64,000 bases of DNA from Halieaceae bacterium (lineage in GTDB: Bacteria; Pseudomonadota; Gammaproteobacteria; Pseudomonadales; Halieaceae). Below are positions 25,035-36,507 of the stretch, in pieces. The stretch covers positions 128,113 to 192,112 of the forward strand of contig JAYQLG010000006.1 of assembly GCA_038143085.1 (NCBI GenBank), in the 5' to 3' direction. The notes below the pieces were generated by a model that worked only from the letters and a program-made list of their open reading frames with translations, was not told where the DNA came from and did no database searches. Each line of letters opens with the position of its first letter. The stretch's first letter is position 1. The translations under genes were made by a program, and so were the position numbers.

Positions 25035-26994
25035 CCTCAACTCCTTGAAGCTGCTGGGAGCGGCGGACGCGTCGGTACCGACGATCGAAACTCGTGGTCA
25101 ACCCGCCAACACCGATCATCAGTGCACCAAACCATATCCAGCGAACGAGTGGTTTGTGTTGCACGCGAACTGACCACGCACCATCGCCCAAGGGCTCGCC
25201 AAGCGCGATGTAAAGATCTCGCATAGCGCCTGCATCGATAGCCGCCTCTGTCATGATCTGCCCGCTGGCGACATACCGCCTTTTCTCGGGCATTAGCGTC
25301 GTAAACAATTGCTCATCAACCGACACAGAGAAAATGCCGCGATCAGCCGCATAGTTTGGCCCTTCAACGACGGTGAGTTCATCGAGCACAAAGGCGTAGC
25401 CATTGAGTGTTACGGTATCGCCGACCTCCATGCGCAAGTCCCGCTCAGCACTAAACTGAGTCACAAATGTCGCGCCAATCAGGGTCAGAGCAAAGCCAAA
25501 ATGCGCCATAAGCATGCCCAGGTAAGACGGCGTCAAGCGTGCAAACACTGCCGACCCCGAGCTAACACCGCGCATCCGCACCTGCAGATCTCGCACTAAA
25601 CCGAGCACCAACCAAGCCGCCAGAAGAACGGACAAAGAGGCCCAGACATTCACCTCTCCCGCACCCACGAGAGGCGCCGCTACAGCAACCAAAACACAGA
25701 CGACTGCCGGCATACCCAATTCACTCAGCCATCGTTTACTACTGTCCTGCTTCCAACGGGAAATGGGGCCTACTGCCATAAAAGGCGCCAGTAGCGCCAT
25801 GGCTGGCACGAAGACCGCGTTGAAATATGGCGGTCCCACGGAGTATTTACCCTGCCCCAGCGCATCCATCAGCAGCGGGAACAGGGTTCCTAGCAAGACA
25901 ACAATAGCTGACACCGCAAAGATGAGGTTGTTAGCCAGCAGGAGCGATTCGCGCGACTCGAGCTCGTAACTGATCGGACTCGCCACCGTTGGGGCTCTGA
26001 ATGCGTATAGCGTCAGCGATCCACCGACTACCAGGACGAGGAATATCAAAATAAATAAGCCACGCTCTGGGTCAGCTGCGAAGGCGTGAACTGAGGTAAG
26101 CACCCCGGAACGAACGAGGAACGTTCCAAGAAGAGAGAGCGAGAACGCAGCAATGGCCAGTAATACGGTCCACGATCTAAATAAGCCGCGCTTTTCCGTC
26201 ACAGCCAAGCTGTGAATCAATGCCGTACCCACCAACCAAGGCATGAAGGACGCATTTTCAACCGGGTCCCAGAACCACCAACCGCCCCATCCGAGTTCGT
26301 AATAAGCCCACCAGCTACCTAACATAATCCCTAGGGTGAGGAATGCCCATGCAACGTTTGTCCAAGGCCGGGACCATTTAGCCCACGAGGCGTCAAGCCG
26401 ACCTCCCATCAGTGCCGCGACGGCAAAGGCAAAGGGCACTGCCAGCCCGACATACCCCATGTAGAGCAACGGCGGATGAATGATCAGCCCGGGATCCTGA
26501 AGTAGCGGATTAAGGTCATTACCCTCTGCGGCAACACCGGGTAACAAGCGCTCAAATGGGTTGGAAGTGAACAATGAAAACGCGATAAACCCGACACCGA
26601 TAAGTCCAAGGACCGCGAGGACACGTGACAACACCACAAGCGGAAGACCACGGCTGGCAATAGCAACCGCCAAAGACCAGGCCCCTAAGATCCAGACCCA
26701 CAACAGCAGCGAACCTTCGTGGTTACCCCAGACCGCAGAAAACTTGTACATCTGTGGCAGGAGCGAATTCGAGTTACTGGCAACGACCTTGACCGAGAAA
26801 TCATCCTGAAGAAAAACGATCGTTAGGCAGGCAAAGGCAATCGAGAGAAAAACGAAGACGCCCGCGGCAAGACTCGGCGCCAAATTCATTGCCCATCGTT
26901 GCCCTCGCCACGCACCAACCATCGGAACGGTACCCAGCAGGACGGATAAACACAGCGCGATAATAAGAGCGATCTGCCCCGCCTCAGGTATCAC
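25021..26994 (-). CDS. ccmF: Heme lyase CcmF
   Basis: [22 protein letters not shown] (WWD domain), [13 protein letters not shown]. Confidence 0.97.
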   Translation of the reverse strand: MIPEAGQIALIIALCLSVLLGTVPMVGAWRGQRWAMNLAPSLAAGVFVFLSIAFACLTIVFLQDDFSVKVVASNSNSLLPQMYKFSAVWGNHEGSLLLWVWILGAWSLAVAIASRGLPLVVLSRVLAVLGLIGVGFIAFSLFTSNPFERLLPGVAAEGNDLNPLLQDPGLIIHPPLLYMGYVGLAVPFAFAVAALMGGRLDASWAKWSRPWTNVAWAFLTLGIMLGSWWAYYELGWGGWWFWDPVENASFMPWLVGTALIHSLAVTEKRGLFRSWTVLLAIAAFSLSLLGTFLVRSGVLTSVHAFAADPERGLFILIFLVLVVGGSLTLYAFRAPTVASPISYELESRESLLLANNLIFAVSAIVVLLGTLFPLLMDALGQGKYSVGPPYFNAVFVPAMALLAPFMAVGPISRWKQDSSKRWLSELGMPAVVCVLVAVAAPLVGAGEVNVWASLSVLLAAWLVLGLVRDLQVRMRGVSSGSAVFARLTPSYLGMLMAHFGFALTLIGATFVTQFSAERDLRMEVGDTVTLNGYAFVLDELTVVEGPNYAADRGIFSVSVDEQLFTTLMPEKRRYVASGQIMTEAAIDAGAMRDLYIALGEPLGDGAWSVRVQHKPLVRWIWFGALMIGVGGLTTSFDRRYRRVRRSQQLQGVEGAAA

Positions 26995-27434
26995 TGCACA
27001 CTTCCTTGCGCGTTGGCTTTTTCTAGCGCCTCGGCCACCTCTGGCGGCATGTAGTTTTCATCGTGCTTCGCAAGCACTTCGCTAGCGCTGACAACGCCAT
27101 TGGCTCCCAATTTACCCGTCGCCACCACCCCTTCTCCCTCGGCGAAGAGATCAGGCAAGATGCCATCGTAGGTTACGGTGACTGAGTGAACGAAGTCGGT
27201 CACATCAAAGCGCGTCTCAAGACGGTCACTGGCACGTTGAACGCTCCCTTCGACGACCATGCCACCAACACGAATCTGACGATCAATCGGCGCCTCGCCC
27301 GCAGCAACTTCTGACGGCGAGTAGAAAAGGTTGATATTGCCCCGCAGCGCATAGGTGATCAGGCCAATGGTCACACTGGATAGGACTACGATAACTAGAG
27401 CGACAATGAGACGTTGTTTTCGTTTTGGGTGCAC
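26991..27434 (-). CDS. ccmE: Heme chaperone CcmE
   Basis: [21 protein letters not shown] (HxxxY). Confidence 0.96.
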   Translation of the reverse strand: MHPKRKQRLIVALVIVVLSSVTIGLITYALRGNINLFYSPSEVAAGEAPIDRQIRVGGMVVEGSVQRASDRLETRFDVTDFVHSVTVTYDGILPDLFAEGEGVVATGKLGANGVVSASEVLAKHDENYMPPEVAEALEKANAQGSVQ

Positions 27435-27436
27435 GA

Positions 27437-27637
27437 TTAACTCGCGTTCTCTTGTGCAACTTGTGCACTTTGTTTTCTCAGCGCTTCCTGTCGAATGCCG
27501 GCATTCAGCGAACGTATGGACATTACAGGACGAAGCAGCACAAAGAAAATAATCACGAAGGTGATGCCGTAAGCGCCCCAGACAAAAGCCCCATGGCCGC
27601 CCATGGCTAGCGCGTCAGCCACCGAGTCAAAATACAT
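27437..27637 (-). CDS. ccmD: Heme exporter protein CcmD
   Basis: MYFDS...[13 protein letters not shown], single TM, charged tail; lies between ccmC and ccmE. Confidence 0.9.
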   Translation of the reverse strand: MYFDSVADALAMGGHGAFVWGAYGITFVIIFFVLLRPVMSIRSLNAGIRQEALRKQSAQVAQENAS

Positions 27638-27639
27638 AA

Positions 27640-28374
27640 CTAAGCCGCTAGCCTCTTGTTGAGCCAAGCGGACTGAGCGTACTCCTCAGTCAATGACTGC
27701 TTTAGATTTAGCATCATTAGTAAAGCAAACAACGCGTAGAAGGTGATAATCATCCCGAGAAGCGGATAGAGCATCGATGCGTCAATGGCGGAGCTTCCGG
27801 TGAACTTGATCGAAGCCGGTTGATGCAATGAGTACCACCAGTCTACCGACTTGTAGATGATGGGAATGTTTACGGTTCCTACCAAACTTAAGATAGCGCA
27901 GGCGCGCGCCGCCACCGTCTTATTTTCGTAGGCCTCAAACAAGGCGATAACACCAACATAAAGAAAGAAAAGGATCAGCATTGACGTGATGCGCGCATCC
28001 CAAACCCACCAAGCGCCCCAGGTTGGTTTGCCCCAGATCGCCCCGGTTATAAGAGCAATCGCCGTATAGGCGGCACCAATGGGCGCAGCGGCTCGCATTG
28101 CTGTATCGGCCAGCTTTACCCGCCATACCAAACTGACCAAGCCAGCCAGCGCCATTACATAATAGCCAGCGAGCGCGACAACCGCCGCTGGCACGTGAAT
28201 GTAGATAATTCGGTAGGAGTCGCCTTGCTTATAGTCGGTTGGCGCGAACAAAAGGCCCCAGACACTCCCCACGAAAAGCGCCACTACTGTGATGGGTAAC
28301 AACCAAGGAATGACCCTGTCACAGAAACGGTAAACCCAGGGAGGGGAACCAAATTGATGAATTATGCGCCACAT
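27640..28374 (-). CDS. ccmC: Heme exporter protein CcmC
   Basis: YIHVP, WGKPTWGAWWVWDARIT, WWYSLHQ. Confidence 0.96.
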   Translation of the reverse strand: MWRIIHQFGSPPWVYRFCDRVIPWLLPITVVALFVGSVWGLLFAPTDYKQGDSYRIIYIHVPAAVVALAGYYVMALAGLVSLVWRVKLADTAMRAAAPIGAAYTAIALITGAIWGKPTWGAWWVWDARITSMLILFFLYVGVIALFEAYENKTVAARACAILSLVGTVNIPIIYKSVDWWYSLHQPASIKFTGSSAIDASMLYPLLGMIITFYALFALLMMLNLKQSLTEEYAQSAWLNKRLAA

Positions 28375-28434
28375 GTCAGAAGTATATCCGGTAAACGAGA
28401 AAAGTGGGGGCTGTCACCCTGCTTTACGAGTGCA

Positions 28435-29130
28435 TCACAGCTCTAAAGAGACGCGAACACCCGCCGCGATGGCCAATGGCGCCAACAATAGCCCGCCGGT
28501 AACCCCAGCACCCAGTAATGCGAGTGCGACCGTAGGGTCTCCTCCTTGCAAAGCTTCGTTCAACGCTCGGGTACCAACAATCAGAACGGGGACGTACAGG
28601 GGTAAAATAAGAAGCGCCAACAGAATACCTCCTCGTTGGACCCCAACGGTCAATGCTGCACCCACGGCACCCAGTAGCAACATGATCGCCGTACCCATCA
28701 GCAGGCTCGCGACCAAGACAGGCGCAACATCGAGTGGGAGACCTAACATCAATCCGAATATGGGTGATACCAAACTCAGGAGCAGGCCGCTGGCTAACCA
28801 AGAAGCCAGGAGCTGCGGTAACACCGCTATCGGCAGCGGAATGCGTACCATTGCCAGCTGCTCCAGGCTGCCGTCCTCAAAGTCGTCAACAAAAAGTCTC
28901 ATGCAAATCATCAAATTGGCGAGCAAGGCCACTACCCACAGTATCCCGGGCGCAAGAAGGGAGAGCTGCTCTGGGTCAGGCCCGAGCCCTAGTGGGAATA
29001 AAACGATAACGAGCAAGAAAAACAACAGCGGATTGATCACCTCACTCGGTGATCGGACCATTAGCATCAGGTGTCGGGTCGTCTGACTGCGACAGTAGTG
29101 GACAATGTCGATGTCCCTTCCCTCAGTCAC
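28435..29130 (-). CDS. ccmB: Heme exporter permease CcmB
   Basis: LFPLGLGP, DDFEDGSLEQL, LILPLYVPVLI. Probable GTG start at 29130 overlapping the ccmA stop; the start is uncertain. Confidence 0.92.
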   Translation of the reverse strand: MTEGRDIDIVHYCRSQTTRHLMLMVRSPSEVINPLLFFLLVIVLFPLGLGPDPEQLSLLAPGILWVVALLANLMICMRLFVDDFEDGSLEQLAMVRIPLPIAVLPQLLASWLASGLLLSLVSPIFGLMLGLPLDVAPVLVASLLMGTAIMLLLGAVGAALTVGVQRGGILLALLILPLYVPVLIVGTRALNEALQGGDPTVALALLGAGVTGGLLLAPLAIAAGVRVSLEL

Positions 29131-29725
29131 CGCGAAACTGCTCCAAGTCCAAGACATTTAGCAGATCACCCAGGTCGGCAGACTGATGACTCGTAAATAC
29201 GACGGCACCACCGGCTTGCGCATGCGCTTTAAAGCGTTGCTCCAGAACTTCCACACCCGCTACATCGAGGGCTGTAAACGGCTCATCGAGCAACCATAGT
29301 CGGCCCGAGGGAAGGAACAGACGTGCCAACGCCACTCGTCGCTTCTGTCCGGCGGACAGGCGGGCCGTGAGCGCATTTTCGTAGCCGGCAAGACCGACGG
29401 CGGCAAGCGCCTCATCAATCTCGTTGTCTCGGGGCGTGCATAACCCCGAAGGGTGGTACTTAAGGTTCTGGCGGGGAGTCATCGCGCCTTTTAAGGCGGC
29501 GGAGTGCCCGGTGTAGAGAACGTCGACGCATCGTGAGAGTTCACCATATACCTCGATGCTGGCCAGGCGCGCGAACGATCGCAGAAGCGATGTTTTGCCA
29601 ATACCGTTTCCACCCGCTAGCTGCCAAATATCACCGGGCTCTACACGCAGGGTGACACCCTTGAGCAGTTGCCTCAGTCCCTTGTGAATGGATACTTCGC
29701 GAGCTTCGAGCAGCGCGGCGGTCAC
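29123..29725 (-). CDS. ccmA: Heme exporter ATP-binding protein CcmA
   Basis: Walker [29 protein letters not shown]. Confidence 0.92.
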   Translation of the reverse strand: MTAALLEAREVSIHKGLRQLLKGVTLRVEPGDIWQLAGGNGIGKTSLLRSFARLASIEVYGELSRCVDVLYTGHSAALKGAMTPRQNLKYHPSGLCTPRDNEIDEALAAVGLAGYENALTARLSAGQKRRVALARLFLPSGRLWLLDEPFTALDVAGVEVLEQRFKAHAQAGGAVVFTSHQSADLGDLLNVLDLEQFRGD

Positions 29726-30624
29726 AACGACACCGTTTTGATGAGCGGCAATTCGGGTTCATGGCTGTCGTCGCGTTGCACCACTAACGCCTCAAAGTCG
29801 AACAGCTCGCGATCCGCTAACTGTGATGGCGACACGTTGGCCAGTGACTTGAAGATAGTTTCAGTGCGCCCCGGATACTGCTTTTCCCAGTCGCGAAGCA
29901 TCCGCTTTACTTCCACTCGCTGAAGATTTTCCTGCGAACCACACAAGTTACAGGGAATGATTGGGTAGGCTTCCTGATTGGCATAGGCCTCGATATCACT
30001 CTCCTTGCAGTAGGCGAGCGGCCTTATGACAACATTCTTCTTATCATCGCTCAGCAGCTTCGGAGGCATGGCTTTCAACTTTCCGCCGAAGAAAAGATTT
30101 AAAAACAAGGTCTCGACAATATCATCACGGTGATGCCCCAGCGCTATTTTGTGGGCGCCGATTTCTTCGGCAAAACCGTACAGCGTCCCCCGTCGAAGCC
30201 GACTGCACAGGCCACAGGTAGTCTTCCCCTCAGGAATGACCGAGCGAACCACACTGTAGGTATCTCGCTCCAACACATAGTAGGCAACGCCCAGTGACTC
30301 CAAATACTCGGGTAGCACATGTTCGGGGAAGCCAGGCTGCTTCTGATCGAGGTTGACGGCGATAATCTCGAACTGGATAGGTGCACTGCGCTGAAGGTGC
30401 AACAAGATATCGAGCATGGTGTAGGAATCTTTACCACCTGAAAGGCAGACCATGATGCGATCACCTTCCTCAATCATGTTGTAGTCGGCTATCGCCTGCC
30501 CCGTCAGTCGTCGCAAACGCTTACGCAGCTTGTTGTGATTGTAGGACGACTTTCGGTTATCCACGGCTGCTTGCCGAGGTAACTCGGGGACGAACTCCTC
30601 TACCGTGTCTGACGTTTGGCTCAT
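29722..30624 (-). CDS. ttcA: tRNA 2-thiocytidine(32) synthetase
   Basis: PP-loop SGGKDS, CGLC and CNLCGSQ motifs, LGHHRDD. Start ATG 30624. Confidence 0.95.
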   Translation of the reverse strand: MSQTSDTVEEFVPELPRQAAVDNRKSSYNHNKLRKRLRRLTGQAIADYNMIEEGDRIMVCLSGGKDSYTMLDILLHLQRSAPIQFEIIAVNLDQKQPGFPEHVLPEYLESLGVAYYVLERDTYSVVRSVIPEGKTTCGLCSRLRRGTLYGFAEEIGAHKIALGHHRDDIVETLFLNLFFGGKLKAMPPKLLSDDKKNVVIRPLAYCKESDIEAYANQEAYPIIPCNLCGSQENLQRVEVKRMLRDWEKQYPGRTETIFKSLANVSPSQLADRELFDFEALVVQRDDSHEPELPLIKTVSL

Positions 30625-30805
30625 GCACTGACCACACAATGAAAAACGCGATGATAGAGGCACCTACTGGCCGAATCAAAATTAACCGTCTGAATAGAGG
30701 GCATACCTGCGGAAAACTCACTTGCAGTTTGTCTGCGAGAGGATGAAAATCCGCGTCGAATTATTGTCCAACCAGGCACTCACCACCCCCATTGAGGAGA
30801 AACCC

Positions 30806-31786
30806 ATGAAAACACCCGTTACGGTCACTGTTACTGGCGCAGCCGGTCAAATTGGTTACGCACTTCTGTTCCGTATCGCCTCAGGCGCAATGCTTGGTAA
30901 CGACCAACCGGTGAAGTTAAACCTCCTCGACATCACACCTGCGCTCGATGCGCTTGAGGGTGTGCGAATGGAGTTGGACGATTGTGCTTTCCCTTTACTG
31001 GCGGGTATTACTTGCAGCGATGACCCGAATGTCGCGTTTGCAGGCAGCGACTATGCGCTTCTGGTTGGCGCGCGCCCCCGTGGTCCGGGCATGGAGCGCA
31101 AAGACTTGCTTGAAGCGAACGCGGCCATTTTCTCGGCGCAGGGCAAGGCCATGAATGCTGTGGCCAACAAAGACATCAAGGTACTTGTGGTGGGCAATCC
31201 GGCGAACACTAACGCGTTGATCGCGATGCACAACGCGCCCGATATCGCAGGCACACAGTTTACGGCAATGACGCGCCTAGATCACAACCGCGCTATTACG
31301 CAGATTGCTCAGAAAACCGGTGTTGCAACCACGGACGTCAGCAATATGACGATCTGGGGTAACCACTCCGCCACACAGTACCCAGACCTCTTTAATACCC
31401 GCATCAAGGGGCAGTCAGCGATCGAGCTTGTGAGTCAAGACTGGTACGAGAGCGACTTCATTCCAACAGTGCAACAGCGAGGCGCAGCGATTATCAAAGC
31501 CCGGGGCGCATCCTCTGCGGCGTCGGCAGCGAACGCGGCGATCGACCACATGCGTACCTGGGCATTGGGTACGGCGGATAACGACTGGACTTCGATGGGC
31601 ATTTTATCGACCGGCGCCTATGGCGTTCCTGAGGGGCTGATCTACTCATTCCCTTGCACTTGCTCGGGAGGCGTCTATTCCGTTGTCGATGGCGCCGAGG
31701 TAAATGACTTTAGTCGCGCAAAAATGGACGCAACCGCTCAAGAACTGAGCGAGGAGCGGGACGCCGTCCGTCACCTACTCGGTTGA
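30806..31786 (+). CDS. mdh: Malate dehydrogenase (MDH type 2)
   Basis: [44 protein letters not shown] precedes ATG 30806. Confidence 0.96.
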   Translation: MKTPVTVTVTGAAGQIGYALLFRIASGAMLGNDQPVKLNLLDITPALDALEGVRMELDDCAFPLLAGITCSDDPNVAFAGSDYALLVGARPRGPGMERKDLLEANAAIFSAQGKAMNAVANKDIKVLVVGNPANTNALIAMHNAPDIAGTQFTAMTRLDHNRAITQIAQKTGVATTDVSNMTIWGNHSATQYPDLFNTRIKGQSAIELVSQDWYESDFIPTVQQRGAAIIKARGASSAASAANAAIDHMRTWALGTADNDWTSMGILSTGAYGVPEGLIYSFPCTCSGGVYSVVDGAEVNDFSRAKMDATAQELSEERDAVRHLLG

Positions 31787-31856
31787 GGAAAAGTTCTCGA
31801 GAGAACCTCGAGCGAGAGCGTGAGTTTCGATATTTAGGTTGCCGCTGAGAGAGCGC

Positions 31857-34331
31857 TTACAGCTCTCGCAACACCTGCAACGGCGGCACCGAAACGACGC
31901 GACGGCACGCGTAGGTACCCAACGAGCCGATAATCACAGCACCGAGCGCAATACCTATCGGCCATAGCACCCACTGGATCTGGTATTCCAGATCCAGCAT
32001 TTGGGTCTGCAACACCCATCCAGCGGTCTCAGATCCCAGAATGGCGAGAATGCCAGCCAGTGACCCCATGGTGGCGAACTCGATAGCGACCGCCCCTAAA
32101 AGTGTTCCCCGTCCTGCGCCGAGTGCCCTCAGAATGGCACTTTCATGCAAGCGTTCATCAACGCTCGAGCTGACACCCGCAATGAGAACCAGAGCGCCTG
32201 CCACCAATATGATTAGCAGAACAAGCTCGATGGCCTGGCTCACCTGATCAATGATCGTTTTAATTTCCTGAATGGCGACGTCGAGCTCAATAATGGTGAG
32301 CGTCGGCATGAGATCGAGAAGTTCGCCCACCCGGTACTTTTCATCTGGTTCAAGATAAAAGCTTGTGAACAAGGTATTGGGGAACCGTTCCAATAACTTA
32401 TCAGGGAAAATAACGAAGAAGTTGGGCTGCATCGACTCCCAGTTCACCTCGCGGATACTGGCCACCTCGACAGAAAATTCGTCAGCAGCGATGCGCAGTG
32501 TGAGCGAGTCCCCCACCTTTGCACCAATGTCCTCAGCAAAGCCGTCTTCGAGCGACACCAACGATTGCTCTGTTCCGGCCTCCCACCAAGCGCCTGAAAG
32601 AATTTTATTACCCTCGGGAGCCGTGTCGGTGGAAGTAAAATTAGCTTCACGCTGACGCGCGCCCTCTTCAAACTGATCCCAATCAGGCAGAGGCTCGCCA
32701 TTCACCGCCATAACTCGGCCTCTTGCCGCGGGATACAGCTCACCAACTTCAATGTCCCTGTCAGCAAAAAAGGTGAGCAGTGATGTCTCGTCTATTGGAG
32801 CAACGTTGAGGATAAAGTGATTCGGAGTGCCCTCGGGAATCTGCAGCCGCCACTGATCAAGCAGACTTGTTCTGACCGCCGTCAGTACCAGTAGTAACAT
32901 TATGGCGATACCAAAAATAACGACTTGAAATGCACTGGAGGTTCCCCTTCGTTGCATCCCAGCCAGGGCAAGTCGCCAGACACTGCCAGCACTGCTCCCT
33001 ACCTGCCGGCTACCTTTCAACAACGTCTGAGCGACGAAGAACCCGAGTCCGACCGTAATCGCTATCGAGCCGATGAGCGCACCTGTCAGCTTCCAATCAC
33101 TGCTATACCAGAGCATTAACAACCCCAGAGAAGCCGTTCCAAGCACCAAATCGGTGGCACGAGTGGCGTCCGCAATGGTCTCTTCGCGACGAATCACCCT
33201 GAGTGGCGATACACCACCGAGGCGCGCCAGCGGTGGCCATGCAAAGAACCCGATACAAACGAAGGCGGTGACCGCGCCTGTGATATACGGAGCAATACCA
33301 ATACGTGTAATCTCGCTGGGGAGTTGCCCTGCAAGTGCGTTAAACATCGCACTTTGCGCTAGCCAGCCAACCCCACTGCCCAACCCAATTGAAATCAAAC
33401 CCAACCAGGCCAGACTGAATGCATACAGCTGCCGGATTGTTGCGCGCGTGGCGCCCAAGCTTTTCATTACCGCGACCTGATCGGTGTGACGTTCACCAAA
33501 CCGGCGCGCAGCGACCAGTATCGCCGCGGCTGCAAGCATGACACCGAGACTGCCTGCCAGAAGTAAAAAGCCACGTGCGCGCTCCAAAGTGGCGCCAATG
33601 CCTGGCTGCGACTCATCGACACTCGAAAGACGCTGCCCCTGCACCAGCTGAGGCTCAACCCACCCTCTGAAGCCTGTTAAATCATCTGACTCACCGGCGA
33701 CTAACAACCGGTAGGTCACTCGACTACCCGGTTGCACTACCCCTGTCTCGTCGAGGTTCGCTGCGTTCATTACTAGGCGGGGGCCGTAGCCAAAGAAACC
33801 TGTTGTTGAGTCGGGCTCACTCAACAACGTGCCGGCAACAGTTAACGTTGCGTCACCTACGTAAACCTCATCGCCAATAGCTGCCGACAATTGTTGAACT
33901 AGCCGCGGCGCGAGAAAAACAGTTCCGGGTTCGGGAATATCAGTCGATGCTTGAGACAAGCCTTTATCTACTGACAGCGCACCACGTAGTGGATACGCAC
34001 CGCCCACGGCTTTAACGGAAGCGAGAAACATCTCGTCGTCCGTGGAGATCACCATGGATGAGAAGGTAATGGTTTCGCCCTGCGCTAAACCGTAGGCGCT
34101 TACTTCATCCATCCAGGGTACCGGTATGGGTTTCGAGCTAGACACCACCAAATCCGCGGCCAAAAAGCTGGCAGACTCGCGCTCTAAGTTGAATTGCAGT
34201 CGATTCACGAAGCCGCTTATGGCAACGACAACCGATACCGCCAGTAGCAGTGCGCTAAACAGCACCCCTAACTCGCCACCTCGCCAGTCACGGATTAATA
34301 ATCGAATTGAAGCAACCACTGGCGACTTCAT
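31857..34331 (-). CDS. ybbP: FtsX/MacB-like ABC transporter permease (YbbP family)
   Basis: RDWRGGEL N-terminus, YPLRG, QPGSRV, duplicated permease halves; coupled to the ATPase gene. Confidence 0.85.
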   Translation of the reverse strand: MKSPVVASIRLLIRDWRGGELGVLFSALLLAVSVVVAISGFVNRLQFNLERESASFLAADLVVSSSKPIPVPWMDEVSAYGLAQGETITFSSMVISTDDEMFLASVKAVGGAYPLRGALSVDKGLSQASTDIPEPGTVFLAPRLVQQLSAAIGDEVYVGDATLTVAGTLLSEPDSTTGFFGYGPRLVMNAANLDETGVVQPGSRVTYRLLVAGESDDLTGFRGWVEPQLVQGQRLSSVDESQPGIGATLERARGFLLLAGSLGVMLAAAAILVAARRFGERHTDQVAVMKSLGATRATIRQLYAFSLAWLGLISIGLGSGVGWLAQSAMFNALAGQLPSEITRIGIAPYITGAVTAFVCIGFFAWPPLARLGGVSPLRVIRREETIADATRATDLVLGTASLGLLMLWYSSDWKLTGALIGSIAITVGLGFFVAQTLLKGSRQVGSSAGSVWRLALAGMQRRGTSSAFQVVIFGIAIMLLLVLTAVRTSLLDQWRLQIPEGTPNHFILNVAPIDETSLLTFFADRDIEVGELYPAARGRVMAVNGEPLPDWDQFEEGARQREANFTSTDTAPEGNKILSGAWWEAGTEQSLVSLEDGFAEDIGAKVGDSLTLRIAADEFSVEVASIREVNWESMQPNFFVIFPDKLLERFPNTLFTSFYLEPDEKYRVGELLDLMPTLTIIELDVAIQEIKTIIDQVSQAIELVLLIILVAGALVLIAGVSSSVDERLHESAILRALGAGRGTLLGAVAIEFATMGSLAGILAILGSETAGWVLQTQMLDLEYQIQWVLWPIGIALGAVIIGSLGTYACRRVVSVPPLQVLREL

Positions 34332-34993
34332 GAGGCCTCTTCGAGGTGACCCGCCGTCATGGTGAACTTTCGCTGGCAGCGATCTGCAAGGGTGTTGTCG
34401 TGAGTGACCAGTACCAGGGTAGTCCCCTCTTCTTTGTTGAGCCCAAACAGAAGTTCAACGACCGTTGCGCCCGTAGTCGTGTCTAAATTCCCCGTTGGCT
34501 CATCGGCAAACAAGATGACTGGTTGCGATGCAAAGGCGCGCGCAATGGCAACACGTTGCTGTTCACCACCTGACAGCGTTCGCGGGTAATGATGGAAACG
34601 CTCTGCCAATCCCACGCGAGATAGGAACTCCTCGGATTTCTCGCGTGCATTGTCGATCCCAGCCAACTCAAGCGGCAGCATGACGTTCTCCAATGCCGTC
34701 AATGCCGGGAGTAACTGAAAATTCTGGAAGACGAAGCCCACCTTCTCACTGCGAAGCGTGGCGCGCTCGTCCTCATCCAAATTGACAATATTGGTGCCGT
34801 CCAACGTTATGTCGCCCGAGCTCGGCGCATCGAGCCCGGCCAGCAGTCCAAGTAAGGTCGACTTACCAGAGCCCGACGCACCGACAATAGCAGCCGTCTC
34901 ACCACGCTTGATTTCCAAGTCGATCCCTCGCAGGATTTCTAGCTCGGACTCGGCCGTGCTGACTCGCTTAATCAACTGGGATGTTTTGATCAT
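34328..34993 (-). CDS. ybbA: ABC transporter ATP-binding protein (YbbA family)
   Basis: GASGSGKST, LSGGEQQRV, ADEPTGNLD; divergent from tesA. Confidence 0.85.
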   Translation of the reverse strand: MIKTSQLIKRVSTAESELEILRGIDLEIKRGETAAIVGASGSGKSTLLGLLAGLDAPSSGDITLDGTNIVNLDEDERATLRSEKVGFVFQNFQLLPALTALENVMLPLELAGIDNAREKSEEFLSRVGLAERFHHYPRTLSGGEQQRVAIARAFASQPVILFADEPTGNLDTTTGATVVELLFGLNKEEGTTLVLVTHDNTLADRCQRKFTMTAGHLEEAS

Positions 34994-35651
34994 GCATTTA
35001 TACCTCTGGCATCACTTACGACATCGTCTGATCGCTGGATTTATATTACTGGCCGCTGTATCGCCCTATCCCGCAACCGCTGCGACCCCGCCAACCGTTC
35101 TCGTCATAGGCGACAGCTTGAGCGCCGCTTATGGCATGGACATGGAACAGGGCTGGGTTCACCTGCTAGCCGAGAAACTAGCAGATCAGTCACCCGGCGC
35201 TTCCGTTATCAATGCGAGCATTTCGGGTGACACGACGGGCGGTGGCGCGCAAAGGTTACCCTCATTACTCGAGCAACACGAGCCCAGCATTGTGATTATC
35301 GAACTTGGCGGTAACGACGGGCTTCGTGCCTACCCGATAAAGCAGATGCGAAATAACCTAGCAACCATGACTGAGGCATCCTTAGCACAGGGTGCCAAAG
35401 TGCTGTTGCTCGCGGCAGAAGCGCCACCCAATTTGGGAAGGCGCTATACCACGCTGTTCCGCGAGTCCTACAGCCAGCTCGCAAATGGCGATAACGTTGT
35501 AGCCCTCCCCTTCATCGTCGAGAGCATTTTCTTATCAAGCGAACTCATGCAGAGCGATCGAACGCATCCGAACGCTTCAGCGCAACCACTGTTACTCGAC
35601 GTGGTATGGCCTACGCTGAGCAGCTTGCTACGAATGACTGACCATGAGTGA
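34992..35651 (+). CDS. tesA: Acyl-CoA thioesterase I / arylesterase (SGNH), signal peptide
   Basis: GDSLSA, NASISGDTT, ELGGNDGLR, DRTHP. The ORF-track upstream extension is antisense to ybbA; start at ATG 34992. Confidence 0.88.
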   Translation: MHLYLWHHLRHRLIAGFILLAAVSPYPATAATPPTVLVIGDSLSAAYGMDMEQGWVHLLAEKLADQSPGASVINASISGDTTGGGAQRLPSLLEQHEPSIVIIELGGNDGLRAYPIKQMRNNLATMTEASLAQGAKVLLLAAEAPPNLGRRYTTLFRESYSQLANGDNVVALPFIVESIFLSSELMQSDRTHPNASAQPLLLDVVWPTLSSLLRMTDHE

Positions 35652-36507
35652 GTCCAGACCTATCAGGGACGCTGTGGAAACCGTGATCTTCGGCACGGAA
35701 ACGCGGGGTGGAAATCTGTTCGATGTGGCACTGCTCATCACCATCCTCGCCAGTGTGGCGGTAGTAATGCTCGACTCGATGGATGTCTACCATGCCGCCT
35801 ACGGAGATCTCTTTCGGACCTTGGAGATTGGCTTCACTCTCGTCTTCACCGCGGAATACCTGGTCCGACTTTGGTGCCTCCGCAACCCGATGGCCTATGC
35901 CATCAGCTTTTGGGGCGTTATCGACCTTCTAGCCATCCTACCAACGTTTCTAACGCTGTTTGTTCCTGAAGCCTCATCGCTCATCGTAATTAGGGTGCTC
36001 CGCGTTTTGCGCGCCTTTCGCATATTGCACCTCTTCGAATTGCATGAGGAATACATCGAGATCATCGGACTCATGCGTGCTACCGCACGGTCTATCATGG
36101 TGTTCTTCTCAATCGTTATGGTGACAGTGGTCGTATTTGGATGCCTGCTATACGTCATAGACGGACCTGAGCACGGCTTTGTCAGTATTCCAATGAGTAT
36201 TTACTGGGCAGTCGTCACCATTACCACGGTCGGGTACGGAGATGTTGTTCCGGGAACACCCATGGGGCGGTTTGTCGCCTCGATTGGTATTTTGATTGGT
36301 TATTCGATTTTGGCTGTGCCGACAGCCATCGTAACCAGTAAACTGTGGGAAAGATTGGGATCGCGTCGCGCCGCTCAAACGCTGGCATGGAACTGCCCGG
36401 TGTGTGCGGGCGTAGATCATGCAACTGATGCGCAGCACTGCAAACACTGTGGTGCGGATCTCGAGGTCCCAGACGAGCTGAGAGAGCAAAAGCCACAACT
36501 CCCGTGA
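35644..36507 (+). CDS. Voltage-gated-type potassium channel (6 TM) with C-terminal zinc ribbon
   Basis: S4-like [11 protein letters not shown], selectivity filter TTVGYGD, CPVC...CKHC. Confidence 0.9.
   Translation: MSESRPIRDAVETVIFGTETRGGNLFDVALLITILASVAVVMLDSMDVYHAAYGDLFRTLEIGFTLVFTAEYLVRLWCLRNPMAYAISFWGVIDLLAILPTFLTLFVPEASSLIVIRVLRVLRAFRILHLFELHEEYIEIIGLMRATARSIMVFFSIVMVTVVVFGCLLYVIDGPEHGFVSIPMSIYWAVVTITTVGYGDVVPGTPMGRFVASIGILIGYSILAVPTAIVTSKLWERLGSRRAAQTLAWNCPVCAGVDHATDAQHCKHCGADLEVPDELREQKPQLP

Noticed and set aside
31793-31806. Palindrome GTTCTC-GA-GAGAAC between convergent mdh and ybbP
   Set aside because: The loop is too short and there is no T-tract, so no function can be supported.
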